A stretch of 64,000 nucleotides of DNA from Amphiscolops sp. MND2022. Taxonomy: Eukaryota. The stretch lies in contig OZ076409.1 in NCBI GenBank assembly GCA_964187785.1, forward strand, positions 95,730,001-95,794,000, given 5' to 3'. The position numbers and the translations under genes were made by a program. A model generated the notes under the pieces. It was not told the origin of the DNA and did no database searches. It was given only the letters and a program-made list of their open reading frames with translations. This document shows, piece by piece, positions 37,915 to 50,916 of this stretch; within the stretch, counting starts at the first letter, position 1; each line of letters begins with the position of its first letter.

Positions 37915-38886
37915 AACCTCTTTTTTACCAGCTATTGAACCTGTTACTTTTATCGTGTCACATTGGGCGATGAACTACAAGAGAAAGGGGGGCTTCAAAA
38001 GTTTTTTAAAAAGTTGAAATTTGTGATGAGTGTGTAATGATAAAATAGACTCTGTACGGTTACAATAAATTCAATATAGTTATTTGGTTAGAAAAATAAA
38101 TTTACATTATTGAACATGAAAACTAAGCAAACGACAGTTCGATGTTTTCCACTACACCATGGCTGAAATTCGGCTATTTAAAAAAGACTCGCTAAATAAA
38201 ATGCATGGCGTTTCATCTAGAATCAATTATGTAATCATTATGCAATCATGCATTTCAAGGAGGGAGTAAAATGAATGGAAAGCTAATTTTAGCCAAATAG
38301 AAAGATTGTGACAGTTCAGTTTGACGCAAATTATTGAACTACTAGATTACCTTATTTACACAGCGGGGGTCAAAATTGTGACCCAAATTGAAATTTATAA
38401 CCCAAAAGGGTCGAACAGACACCACAGGTGAATGTACTTGAATGCTATTAGCAGCTGCTGTTTTGATGGTAAACAACCAGTAGCCCAATTGCCCTAGACA
38501 CTGTTTATCTATTTGGATATCATCAACCGCTCAAACCATTCATATCTAGCCACAAAAGGGACATTATGAAACTACGGAAACCTTTCAATTGAGATTGGGC
38601 GGCACGAATTGAACGTTTTTGCTTCAGAATGAACCACCTCCTACTTGCAAATTGAAACGTTTTGAGCAGTGTTAAATGAGCGAAGATTGTGAAACTCCAA
38701 TAGTTCGAAGTAAAAATCAAGGAACATGTTTATCCTCCATTACCTCATATTGGATCCAAGTTGATAAATTCCAGAACACTTCTACACTTCTAGCTCAAAA
38801 TGTCAATTTACATTGAAAAAACGAGGTTCTACTACAGCTGGATATGAATGAAGGTACTGTAATGCAATACACAAACATGATTCATA

Positions 38887-39214
38887 TGGCGACAGGGCAA
38901 TTGGCCGACCGCTCAACTGGCCGACTGTGTAGTTAGCCGATAGAACATGATTGAATACCAGTGAAAACATTCTCAATTTTGTTATGCAACTATTACTCGT
39001 ATAGAATCAAAAGTTAGATGTGCATCAAAAATTTGTGAAACGTATGATTTAAAAATGAAATGGGTTTGAATCAAGATCAACTTAATTTCCCTGATCTCAA
39101 CGAAAGTCTAATTTCATCTATTTTTAAACTGTAAACTTCATTTTAGGTGTATTTCCGCTGTTCCGAAAGTATTTAGTCGGCCAATAGCGCCGTCGGCCAA
39201 TTGACCTAGCACCG
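38887..39214. mobile_element. MULE-type MITE just downstream of the ENT stop codon
   Basis: TIR with CAATTGGCCGAC/GTCGGCCAATTG; 10-bp TSD ATGATTCATA. Confidence 0.75.
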
Positions 39215-39249
39215 ATGATTCATACAAGCAAGCATGATTGGCAAACAAT

Positions 39250-40025
39250 TTAGGGTATTTTGATATATAAAAATGATAAGCCTGAGCCAATGGAAAGACC
39301 TAATGACAAAAAGAAGGTTAGCACAGTTCCGGCTTGTTCCAAAAGGTCCCCACGTTCGACATTGCGAGCACCATATATCATGCAGAGAGAGGCGAAATAG
39401 CCGTTAGTTATGGCGAGTAGAACCATGAAAGTGATAGTGAATGCGTCTGAGTTGAAGGCGACCTTTATTCCATTATGGCGAGGTTGGTAATTAGTGAACA
39501 GGTAAATAACAGGAAAAGCTAATCTGAGGACACAGCCAATGATGATAGCGAATGTTTGTTGGGGCAGTTTGATTACACCCGCTAGAATTCGACCCGTGAG
39601 GTCAAAGACGTTGAAGAGGAGAAAACAAGTGATGGGAACCCAGAAGGGTCCATCTGATATCTCAATGGGGTCTATTTGGCTAGTGAAGTTAGGGAAAACA
39701 GCGAGGGTGACCCCAAAAACGAGCACAAGGGACAAACCCAAGGGGAGACACTTGCGGAAAACGAGGAGTGTCTCGCTAGCGACAGAACCCTTGGCAGCCC
39801 TCTCGCTGCGGGAAGTGACGGGTTCGGTGGAAACATGTTGCATGGCCCACTGGTAAAAGGGACTGCGAAGCATGAACACATAACATACAAGCAACACAAG
39901 CACAAAAAGCTCGGCTAAGCAGAAGTACAATATGGCGCTGTCTTCTGAGCTGTCGGGGAAAACGGCGATACAGAAAATTTGGACGAGTGAGGAGAAAACA
40001 CCCGCCACTGCTTGTCCAGACATGG
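39250..40025 (-). CDS. Equilibrative nucleoside transporter (SLC29/ENT), last exon
   Basis: MSGQAVAG, VTLAVFP, FLLFNVFDLTGR, TNGY..SL.M.YG, GLSIGS are ENT TM5-11 motifs. Confidence 0.95.
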
Positions 40026-41538
40026 CTGAAAATCAGCACCAATTCTAACAACAATCGAAACATCATTCGTCTACAATCACCACAAATTTTGTTTAGAGTC
40101 TACTTATCCTAATAATTATCAAAACATATTTTTTCCCATTTTTGAACACTTTTTTTGAAAGTTGGTCGACAAAATAGTTCAGGACTGAAAATATCCCGTT
40201 GCTCAATAAGTGTCTTATTAAGTTGATCGAATGCAATCAACTTTTTGAGTCAATTTTGGTGTCAAAAACAAACTTGTTCTCAAGATCTTATTTTCATAAT
40301 TTGATAACTGAATAATTTAAATGGCATCTTTTCGTAAACGCTGTTGATTCTATTCAATAGAACGAAATTTCCGCCTCCTTTCGTCTACGTTGCGATCAAC
40401 CATGTTATTGCGCAGTTCCGATCATCAAAAGTCGAGGTTTTATTTACAGGGGGTCCAATCTTCAAAATGTCTTATCTACTTCTAAAAACTTCAAAATGGA
40501 TGCAACTTTCTACTAGATTTTACGTTTACAGGGTCACTTATTTCGAGGTTTTACACAATACGAAGTAATTGACTATCAAAATTAACTGCAGAAGAAGCTA
40601 ATAATTCTGACTCTCGATTCTAATGCCAAGAAAATTTCATAGAATAATGAAAGCAAAGCAAAAATACAAATACAATGCTTTTTTGGTAATCTTTTTTGAG
40701 CTGTACACCTCTGGTGATATATTCCAGAATTTGGCTGCTCAACATACAAAGGAGCCAGGCCACAAAACAGTGAGTCATGAATGCACGAAACACGGAACAG
40801 AGACACACGAAGCTTTTAGAATTACAGAAGCAAAGTGATCACAGGGAATTCCTAGATCAAAAACCAATGCTGTTTCATTTAGTGAAAAAATTGCTTTCAG
40901 GTGAAATTTTCGAGATGCGCCGAGGTTTTCTACCGTTCCAGGATATCGGATTAGGGGTCAAATTCACATTTTTCTGTGATACCAAAACGACTCTCGATTT
41001 GATCCTATGTCAGTTTGCAGAGATGTATACGCCAACTGAAAAGAAAAATTTCGCAGAATGACCAGAATAATACTAATTATATTATTATATTATTGATACT
41101 AATCCGAAAACCTAAAAATGGCCAAAATTTATCGAATTCTGAAGTGCGGAGAAACAAAAATAGTTATCTTTTTTAAAAAAATTTTGTAACATCTCGTCAA
41201 TAGTAGCTGCTCCTTTGGCACTTATTGCGCAGTGGCACTGATCGAATATAGTAGCACCACAAGTCGTGGACTACTGTTCCTTTGAGCTCCGATCCGTACA
41301 GATTTTGTCAACAATCTTAGTTTCGACTTTCCGTAACCTTTCCTAGATTCTATGTTAATGATGCTGATGACGACCAGAATTCCTAGGCCATTCCATGGCG
41401 ATTTTGAGTTAGGGAGTGATCCCTTCAGGTCAACTCATATCGAATTATGATGATGAGTTATGTGCGGTTTTGTCTTCTTCCAGTTTGTATTGCATACATT
41501 CTACATCATCAGTTGGCTGTAAATCCATCATAATGAAT

Positions 41539-42469
41539 AACAAACCGGGGACGGCCCAAGTCGGCGCCATATCTAAGGCTCAACAAATTATGTGAAAATT
41601 TTGGGGAAAAATGAAAACGTTATATCCGAACTTTGAAAACCTTATATCTGAACTATGAAAACGTTACATTCGAACTTTGAAAACGTAATATCCGAACTTT
41701 GAAAACGTTATATCCGAACTTTGAAAACGTTACATGCGAACTTTGAAAACGTTACATACGAACTATGAAAACGTAATATCCGAACTTTGAAAACGTAATA
41801 TCCGAACTTTGAAAACGTTATATCTGAACTATGAAAACGTTACATTCGAACTTTGAAAATGTAATATCCGAACTTTGAAAAGGTTACATTCGAACTTTGA
41901 AAACGTAATATCCGAACTTTGAAAACGTTATATCCGAACTTTGAAAACGTTACATGCGAACTTTGAAAACGTTACATGCGAACTTTGACACAGAGGCGAA
42001 GCGGTGCTTCGCAACACATGACGAAGACAACGATTTTAATATGCGTATATATATTATTTTAATCGCATGCGTATATATTCAACAGTTCAACTTTATTCAA
42101 TAGCGTCCTTATGGCACAGTGGTTAACACTTATGCCGCGCAATCGGGAGGCTGCAGGTTCGAATCTCTCTGGGGTTTTGGCTTTTCTCTAAAAGGCGCTT
42201 ATTATGAAGTTGGCTATTGTGGAAAAAAAACTTTCTTAGCTGGACTGCAATGCACATTGACTTCGTCATGTGCAAAAACGTTACATGCGAACTTTGAAAA
42301 CGTTACATGCGAACTTTGAAAACGTTACATGCGAACTTTGAAACATATCCGAACTTTGAAAACGCTTGAACAAATGAACAAAATAGTGGACCATTCAGAT
42401 TAAACTGAAAAAAACTACCCACTGTAATAATCGGGCTTTTTCCTTAAGGGAAAAGAAGCCGACTAGAAA
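41539..42469 (-). mobile_element. HINE family A copy filled with a 22-bp minisatellite and a nested family C element
   Basis: Family termini; unit CGAACTTTGAAAACGTTA(T/C)AT(C/G) repeated about 41612-42364. Confidence 0.8.
41988..42278 (-). mobile_element. HINE family C, second copy with tRNA-like unit (42105-42178)
   Basis: Near-identical to 33476-33767; inserted in the AAAA of one minisatellite unit without a TSD. Confidence 0.8.
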
Positions 42470-42538
42470 TTAAAACTAACAAAAATAGTACATTATTACA
42501 ATATTAAAATGATAATAAAAATAATAGAGAAGCAGCAC

Positions 42539-42778
42539 CTGCTTCGGTGTACTTGGGCGCCAACACGCCCGCCACGCCCATGGTGCCGCTCTGGAGGGTG
42601 GCACTGAAGACGTTCAGCACGACCAGGTTGAGGAGGGAGAGCACGAAGAAGAGCACCTGCCAGTTGTCCGTGTCCACCTTCACCAGCACCAGCGAGGGCA
42701 GGAACGACACCATGATGCCCACCAGGGACCCTATCAGACGCGTCGAGTTGCCCAGGTACCGCACCAGGAACGTGTTTC
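42539..42778 (-). CDS. ENT coding exon 3 (GNTFLVRY...QSGTMGVAGVLAPKYTEA)
   Basis: 240-nt phase 1-1 exon; joins to give YTEAAMSGQ. Confidence 0.93.
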
Positions 42779-42871
42779 CTAAAACAAAAATGAAAAACAC
42801 TGCTGAATTCTGAATATGAAAAACAAACAAACGTGTTCATTCATAATAAACGGTAGCGCAAAGCTTCTTTG

Positions 42872-43817
42872 CAGGGTTGGTGTAAATATGTGATTTTTCG
42901 TGAATTGAACAAGTTTTATTTGCTTTTTTTCGCTATTTTTCAATTCGCTTAGAAAACCATCATTTATTTATTTAATTGTCGGTATGAGAAGCACAGTCTG
43001 TGGGCTTTGTCGACTCCGAGCCATGTCAGCCAGTCGGCAAGCAATGTCTTTTGCCAAAAGGTTGAAAATGTGTACTTGGCAGCCATATGTATGAACACTT
43101 TTCGCATAGAAGGCGGTCCTCATTCCGGCAACATTTGCAGCAATTTCAGTGACAACACTGGTTAATTTAATTTCCCAGTTGGTTTCACAGTCAGAAACCT
43201 GGTCAACCAATAACGATAATGAATACTCCGATGTGTGCAATTCCCCTCTAGTATCATTAGTGTTGACTAGATAAGATTTGCATGATGCAATAAACGAGAT
43301 GCCAACAATAGGGTCATTAGTCACATTGGACCAACCATCAAGGCCTAATGTGGACTTCAAAGAATTGACTTTGTTGACTACCTTCATTTTTTTCGTGAAA
43401 AGTTCTTCCAGAAGTGGGTCGGCTATTGTTTTGCGGTCCGGAGTTGCTATACCGGGCCTCAAAATGTCAAATAGCTACCTTAGTTACGCATTTCCAGACG
43501 CAATAAATGCAGTGTTGGTAGCAAAAAGATACCGTGTTAACTGAAGATTGATGGCATGCTGCTTGTTAGGACCAATCGAAGTGTAGTTTGGTTCATTTTT
43601 TCCCTGGTGCATCACCTTCAGGCATGCTAGGCCTTTAATGATTGTCCACGTGGTTCTTTTTTCGCGCAACTAAGTGCAACACATTTTCTTAGACGCGCTG
43701 GCTCCCATCACGTTTGATTTCTGTAAAATCGCTCCAAGTGCATGAAAAATACATGTTTTCGCGCATTTAAATTTTTTGCCCGTGTTTTAAACGTTTTCTT
43801 AATTTTTGCCAAGCCTG
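42872..43817 (-). mobile_element. Internally deleted hAT transposon with a transposase remnant (DUF659-like)
   Basis: TIR CAGGGTTGG/CCAAGCCTG, 8-bp TSD CTTCTTTG; LDGWSN, VVTEIAAN, CQVHIFNLL motifs. Confidence 0.88.
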
Positions 43818-43992
43818 CTTCTTTGTATAAATTGATTAGAGTATAAGAATTAACAAGCACACAATAATGACGTAAAATTATGAAGACATACTAGAAATTC
43901 AATTAAAAACGATAATCTTTCTTAATATTTTACTCTATGCACGGGAGATGTTCAGCTTCTTTTGAGACCGTATCATGGCAAAATCAGAGATA

Positions 43993-44148
43993 CCGTATTT
44001 CTTCCAATAGAAGTTACCCTGATTACAAGCCGCATTAAGCCTCAAGATTTTATCTTAAAAGCCATAGCTTACCATATTTATACGATAATAGGCCGCGAAA
44101 TCACCAGGAAAAACTTATAAGACGCGGCCTGTATTCGAAGAAATACGG
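43993..44148. mobile_element. Short Tc1/pogo-type MITE
   Basis: TA|CCGTATTTCTTC...GAAGAAATACGG|TA. Confidence 0.7.
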
Positions 44149-44687
44149 TATGCTCCACATCCTTTACATGCAACAGGGAGCTCTTGATAATTCTTCATTT
44201 TTGTATTTCTTTTTGGAAACCTCAGAGGTGGTCGAAAAAGGCTCGAAATTTCATACAACTGAAAAGCATGCCAAAATCCTGATATCAGTTCTTTTCATAC
44301 TTGAGTTCCAGGCCTTCAATTTTTCTGGCGTTAGAGGTGCACCAGGCCGTTAAAAATATGTCCGTCTGGACAGGAAAATATCCCCCAACCAGGGACCGGA
44401 TTTATGTTTTAAATTAGCGAAATATGGGCATAATATAGGTTGGAAACACTCAAATGTGAAAAATATGGGTAAAACCACTTTATTTTTCTCCAAATGCATT
44501 CCATTTCATCATAACACGGTTTCGCAGTTTCTTCTGAGTCAATTTTTAGTCTCCCAAAAAATGGTAAGATTGATAAAACGAAAAATTCTAGTTGAATTCC
44601 AGCTGAAAACTGTTTTCATTTTCATTGCAAAATTAGGCAATATCGTGTAGGGAAAATTGAAATTTGTGAAGTTGGTGTTACTTCTCA

Positions 44688-45056
44688 TTTTTTAGTCGGC
44701 GTTTTCGAAGAAAATCCCGACTCTTACAGTGGCTAGTTTTTTTCGTCAGTTCAACGCGAAACGTCCACTTTTTGTGCATTAATGCACATTTACCAACTTT
44801 TACCATATGTACTTAGTACTTCATTTTCAACGCATCCAAAGCCTCTAACATGAGAAAAAGCGTCCCCCTTTTACATTTTCGGCACTATGCGACTTACCGG
44901 AAACTTCAAAAAAATTTCGAAAAAAAATCGGAATTTTTTTCTCAATTTTTGGTTTTTTGAGAGCTTTTGTTGTCTCGTTGTAGAAAAAGTCGTTTTCGTT
45001 TTCGAGTCTTTTTGAGCCTTAGATATGACGCCGACTTGAGCCGTTCCCGGCTTGTT
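44688..45056 (+). mobile_element. HINE family A copy
   Basis: Family termini. Confidence 0.7.
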
Positions 45057-45807
45057 CTGAGAAATATAGGTCAAAATATGTAAACGTGTTTTGAAAATTT
45101 TCGACCAAATATGGGAATCCCATATAGTTTGTTTGTGTTTACATTGAAATCCGGTCATTGCCCCCAATTATAGGCGATTAAACACTGTTTCAGAATTCAG
45201 CTCGTGACTTCGCTATTGCAATCGGGTCATCTGGTGCTGTTACCTCCTCGACGAATCGTAGAGGGTGACATATTAGGAGTTTCCGATGGCGTTGATGGTA
45301 CTTTTGAACGCGAGATTGCGATTGAGACTGTTAGCGGCTTCTTGGCGTCAATTAAAAGCATCGCTTCAAAAGACTTTCGCAGGGCGTGAATGATAAGGCA
45401 TGTTCAATACCGCATTTTTGCCCAAATGCACAGTTGATCCTATTGATCTGACATGTTTTTTTTCGAGAGCGTTAATTTCATAAATGTCAGTTGTTTTCAA
45501 AACTGTATCTTGAAATATGTTATTTCGACAATGCGCAATTTAAGACTTTCCCAAAACATTTTAGAATTTGGAAATGAAAAGATATCAGGGGCTTCAGTTA
45601 ACCCAGGGCGATCCATTGAAAATGAAATTTCTCAAAAGTTTCGAGCAAAAGTAAGATCATTCGTAATTTGTGCAATTTTTGGTGAAATTCTAAAACAAAA
45701 ATTTGTAAACTAGGTCCACGGATCGTTTAATTTTACCTCTTCAAAATTTACTACCGGGTTTAGGTTATTCGATTTTGAGATTGGCTGATGATGTTGCTCT
45801 TTTAATA

Positions 45808-46203
45808 TAAGGCCAGCATAAAATCACGCACGTGAATTAGCGTGATTTTCTAGCCAATTAGAATGCTCCGTGACGGCGTGATTTTACAGCGCAACTAGCA
45901 ATTGGCGGAATATGACTGTTGTGAAGTAACTATTCTAGAATATTCTAGAAAATCGGATAATATAGAATAAAAAGGCATTGAAATTGGCTGAATATAATGG
46001 CTTTGAAGTAACTATTCTATATTTCAAATATTTTCACTTCAAAGCGCCAAAGTTTGGACCCAGAAATTATCAAATAACAGCTGTTTTTGTATATAATTGT
46101 TGTAATTTTTAGTGCGTGATTTTAGCGTGATTTTTGATTCAAAATAGCGTGAATAAGTGCGTGATTTTTGGACATGTTCGCGGGTGATTTAATGCTGGCC
46201 CTA
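45808..46203. mobile_element. hAT-type MITE
   Basis: TAAGGCCAGCAT...ATGCTGGCCCTA, 8-bp TSD TTTTAATA. Confidence 0.8.
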
Positions 46204-46279
46204 TTTTAATATCACTACTGTAGTAGTGTCACAGTTATATTTGCTAGTCATTGAATCATTCACGATTGAGCATCAACAG

Positions 46280-46950
46280 GGTGTGCGTTCATTTCACCCC
46301 ACATTCATTTCACCCCACATTCATTTCACCCCACATTCATTTCACCCCACGTTCATTTCACCCCACATTCATTTCACCCCACATTCATTTCACCCCACAT
46401 TCATTTCACCCCATGTTCATTTCACCCCACTTTCATTTCACACCATATTGTAATTATACAAAAGCGTCTCACCTTAATTAACCAATTAACAATTAAACTT
46501 TGATGCGTACTGTCTTTGAGTCAACTTTGATTTTATTGATAGTTCCTGGCCTGTAAGGCCTGCCTCAGGAAAACCGAATAGGAAATTTTTCGGTGAAGAT
46601 TCGCAGCATCCATAATTGTAGATTTTGATTGACAAAAAAAAATTTTCGGCGCCTTGTTCAGAAGTATTACGATTCCGATAAGTGAAACTTTTCTGTTACG
46701 ATTTTGTGGCTCACATAGCAAGCATCGTTTGTTTATCTAATTAGTAATTAGATTCAAGACGCTTTTTATTAGCGCTAAGATTGAAATTTAGGGGCTTTAG
46801 TCATTAACCTGAGACGCATTTGATAATATGAATGTGGGGTGAACTCAACATGGGGTGAAATGAATCTGGGGTGAAATGATTGTGGGGTGAAATGACATGG
46901 GGTGAAATGATATGGGGTGAAATGAACGTGGGGTGAAATGATACTAAACC
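46280..46950. mobile_element. Foldback/MULE-type element with TIRs built of 16-bp tandem repeats
   Basis: (TTCATTTCACCCCACA)n on the left, inverted copies on the right; GG...CC ends; 9-bp TSD CATCAACAG. Confidence 0.85.
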
Positions 46951-47677
46951 CATCAACAGAACTTTCAATGAACGATTATTCCAGAAGCGGGAAATCGTTA
47001 ACACAAATGTATAACATGGAGAGTAAATTACTGCCAGACTTCACTTATTTGAGCAATCTGGCTGTAAATTGTAATTTAAAGGCTGAATTGTCTAATCACT
47101 GAGCTATATTTTTGCCAATTTCCTTTGACTGCCCGAAAATAAGTTGGAACCGGGAAGGCGACTGTGTTCCGATGGGTGTAGAACAAAAACGGTGCCAATT
47201 AAATTAATTCCACAAAGCGGGTAGCAAATTAAGTAACTTCGAGTATGAGTTTCAAAATCAGGCTCTTTTCTGTTTTACCTGACCCCACCACCAAAGATTT
47301 TGAAAGTAAATTTCCTTAAAAATTTCCGACTAGCCTAATTAAAAATAAAACCTTCTTTCATAAAAGGAAGTTAACGTCTATTTTGTTTGAACAAAACATT
47401 TTTCACTCACTTTGACTATAATTTGGATCGTATTCAGTTTTTTGTGACTCAAAACAGGAAGCTGTTAATTTTCTAATCAAAAATGAGTGACTTCATACGC
47501 TAAAATAGTGTGAACAAATTTTATATCTCAATTCCAAACTGTCACACTGGAAAATTTTCACTAATTTCACAAAAACATTGGTGGGGGCAGAAAAGAGCCC
47601 CAAATCATTGACCGGACCAGGCCTGGATATTCGGGTCTGGTTCCAACTTTGGCCATTCAACGTGAATGAATGCTAAC

Positions 47678-47866
47678 CGAAAACCATTATGAGGATAGAA
47701 ACGGTCGAACAGGTGGTGAAGTAGCTCTCGAATTGATTCTGCAACGTTGTCTTGGTATCATCGTCGTCGTCATTGGTATCGGGAGCAGAGACATTCCTCA
47801 GCTTGTAATTGAAGTAGTCCGACGCGTTGATGAACATATTGTAAGGAAGTAAACTGCCCATTCCCA
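47678..47866 (-). CDS. ENT coding exon 2 (LGMGSLLPYNMFINASDYFNYKL...FESY)
   Basis: ENT TM1 signature G.G.LLPWN.FI.A; 189 nt, phase 1-1. Confidence 0.93.
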
Positions 47867-49353
47867 CTGAAACACGAAAACACAAAACATGACATCGATG
47901 CTTTCAAATCTCTCATTGAGACGGAAAATACTACCGCACGTTCGATTAGCGGGCATAGTCAGAAAAGACCCTATAATCATTGATTATAGAATTTAATATA
48001 GCTTATACTATGAATAGAATTCTATCATAGGTTTAAATTTTGATAATGGTAAGATGATAACTTTCTGAAAAACATCATTTTGTCATTTCTGGGAACACCG
48101 AATCCAAAACGTTTTATTGAATTGAGAACATTTTATTGAAATTTATTGAAACAATGTATCTAGTTTAAAGATCGAGGCAAAATTCTCATTCTTCAGCTTA
48201 TTGAGAGGTATCCAGCCTTTGAGGAGCCTGTGCAAATTGAGACAAGAAAGGCCAAACACACTTCAATGATCGCAGCTATAATAGAATTCTATTATAAAAT
48301 TCTTTATATGTCTATAGTGAATCTTATTCAGACAGAAAATACTATGGCTCTTTTCGGTAGCCCCCCTCCCCCCACCATCAAATTTTTTAAATGGAAAATT
48401 TAAAAAACTAATTCAAACTGGTCTGATTAGAAGCGATTTAAGTTTTTTGCTACTGAAAACAAAGCTATTGATTTTCCTAATAAAAAATGCGTGACTTCAT
48501 AGGGGAAAAGTGTGAACAAAGTTTGTATCTGGACCCTAAACTGGAACAGAAAAAAAACAATACTATTCGCTACTGCACGTTCGATTATTGGGGATAGTTT
48601 TCATTGAGCTGAAGAATTGGGCCGAATCACGAGGCAAGTTTCGCCATACTTCAGGATAGATATACTATGGTAACAAAAAGTCAAAGACAGTTAATCTCAC
48701 AGACGTGAAACTTCAAACGCGCTTTTTCTTAGATTATACATTTGATAAAAAATCCCCGGAGCAAAAATTTCTCTGACTTTGATCAGAATTACAATAGCTT
48801 TTATTTTGAAATCGAATGAAACTTTGAAGTTACATCACATTGATTTTTGAGGAGTTTGAGACTTTTCCGAATTTTATGACGCAATATCTCAAAAACTACT
48901 GGTCCAGAAAAATCCTCCCTCGATCAAATTGGCAGCGTTGACACCGCTCTGTAACTAAAAAAGCACCATTTTTCAAACTAAGCTCGCGCTACATTTTCAG
49001 TCCTTTTGAGTCCTGAAAAGACTTTTTGCACGTTAAGGTAATTTTCGAGCTCTTGCTTTTCCGTTATGCTTTATCCCACTAGTACCTTGAAGGTTGGGTC
49101 GCAGCGGCCCTAGCGTGTTTTGAAACATGATGAAGTGCAATCACAGACACGAGGCGTGCAAGGTTTTGGCGCAAAGTTAGGAGCCAGTGTTGCGATTAAA
49201 ATCGCGGTTTGAAGTTTAAGCACCAGATTTTTGGGTGGCTTCGGAAATTTCGTCGACCAAATTTCATATTTTACCCTTTTTTGAAAATTAACAGCCAAAA
49301 ACAGTCGTGATTAAACCGAAACAATGTTTTAACGGAGTAAGAGTGAACTCGTA

Positions 49354-49881
49354 TTTTTTAGTCGGCGCTTTTGGAGAAAAGTGCCCGACTCTTACAGTGG
49401 GTAGCTTTTTAGACGCGTAAGGTCCACTTTTTTGTTCATTTGTTAAACAACTTGAACTGAGGTTCAAAACGCTCGAAACCTCAAAAGCTCGAAAAGGAAA
49501 AACAAAACCGACGTCCAGAACCTCGAAAACATACTAAGGATCCCCCTTTGGCTATCTTGGTGTTTTTCACTTAGATTTTTTTCGGGACTATGAGACTTTT
49601 TTGAAAATTTTTGGATTGCACCAAAGGGTCCTCCCTTCATTGTTTCGATACTTTGCAACAGAATTGATCCTAAAAAATCCCAAAGCGTATCCCTCTTACA
49701 TTTTTCGGCACTGTGACACTGTTCAAAAATCTGTTTTTGATTTTTTTTCGAAATATTTTTGAAGACTCCAAAGGGTCCCCTTTATTTTTTTTCTTATTTT
49801 GCAACAACTGGAGTTTCAAAGAGCCCAAAGCGCTTTTTGAGCACTAGATATAGCGCCGACTTTGGCCGTTCCCGGCTTGTT
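49354..49881 (+). mobile_element. HINE family A copy
   Basis: Family termini. Confidence 0.72.
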
Positions 49882-50408
49882 AATCATTTTGCGGAATAAA
49901 TTCGTAAAGATGTTTTTAGAAAGTGTTAAATTCAAAAAGTATGATCTGAATCAAGGGTACAAGTTTGTCTCAGGCAGTTTTGTTACGAACAGCGGTTTTT
50001 GAGATTGCATAATGAATTTCGGAAATTGCTACAAGTCAAAAATAAGCTGTGTTGTAATTGTTATAAATTTTGCTTGTTTTCAAAGAATTACTCCTTTATC
50101 ACTGGTCAAAATTTGAGAAGTTTTGTTCCTGAGACTTTTCTTCTGCCAATTGATTATGCAAAAATTCTACGTCAGCAAAATTGAGTGTCTAGTGTTTTGG
50201 TATCCTAGAGTATTCTTCCATCTAATTTCCAGCTGGAGCCGTACAATTATTGATGCACAAATTGTTTTTTTCTATACAAGCAACAACTGCAAATAGTTTT
50301 GTAAATCAGGGCATACTTCGTTCCGAGCAAGAACGAAAGACCCTAAAAATGTCGCATGCCGGTGTTCGAAGTTGATAGCTGAGCCTGGGCAAAAGAAAGA
50401 ATACTCAC

Positions 50409-50562
50409 AGAGGAGGAAAACGATGTAGACGAAGTTGTAGGAGTCTTTGAAGGGGTTTTTGGTGGTTGGGTCTTGGTCATGGTGATTGACCAACATGGCA
50501 GAGTCAGACTCCTCGTCCTCCGTCTCGTGAGCATCGTAATTCACCGAGGACCTCGAACTCAT
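50409..50562 (-). CDS. ENT coding exon 1 (MSSRSS...PFKDSYNFVYIVFLL)
   Basis: P.D.YN.VY..F.L motif; |gtgagt donor; acceptor tttcag lies 5 nt upstream of the ATG. Confidence 0.9.
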
Positions 50563-50916
50563 GCTCCCTGAAAGAACCAAAGTCGAGAAGACTGTATTAA
50601 AAATTGAATTTAGAAACTGCACAAAATTACGCATTTGGCGGAAAAAAGCACAAATAAAAGAGCACCGGTGAGCAGTCAGACCTTTGTGGAACCACAGCTT
50701 TGAAAGTCGCTTTGAAACCACAGCTTGAAGCCCATCATTACTTGACCACTTAGCTGCAAATATGGTACCAAAGCTTGCTATGGGGAGGAAGCAGAGTTGC
50801 TTATTCGGCGTCAACCCCGCGGAATTGGGGAAATTAACTTTCTTCTTCTCTCCCTACCATTTCCGGAAATTGTTGAACTTTTTGTCAGGCGCTAAATGAA
50901 AAAATCCGCAGAAGTA

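Noticed and set aside
40582..40808. Hydrophobic minus-strand ORFs resembling a GPCR fragment
   Set aside because: Short, with no convincing motif or splice context.
41612..42364. Regularly spaced repeats as a CRISPR array
   Set aside because: Contiguous 22-bp units with no unique spacers; eukaryotic context; no cas genes.
45244..45363. Possible 120-nt phase 1-1 alternative ENT exon (minus strand)
   Set aside because: It has AG/GT ends and an open frame, but would interrupt TM2 and shows no ENT similarity; unsupported without RNA data.
46226..46481. His/Pro-rich repeat proteins
   Set aside because: Translations of the 16-bp tandem TIR of a foldback element.
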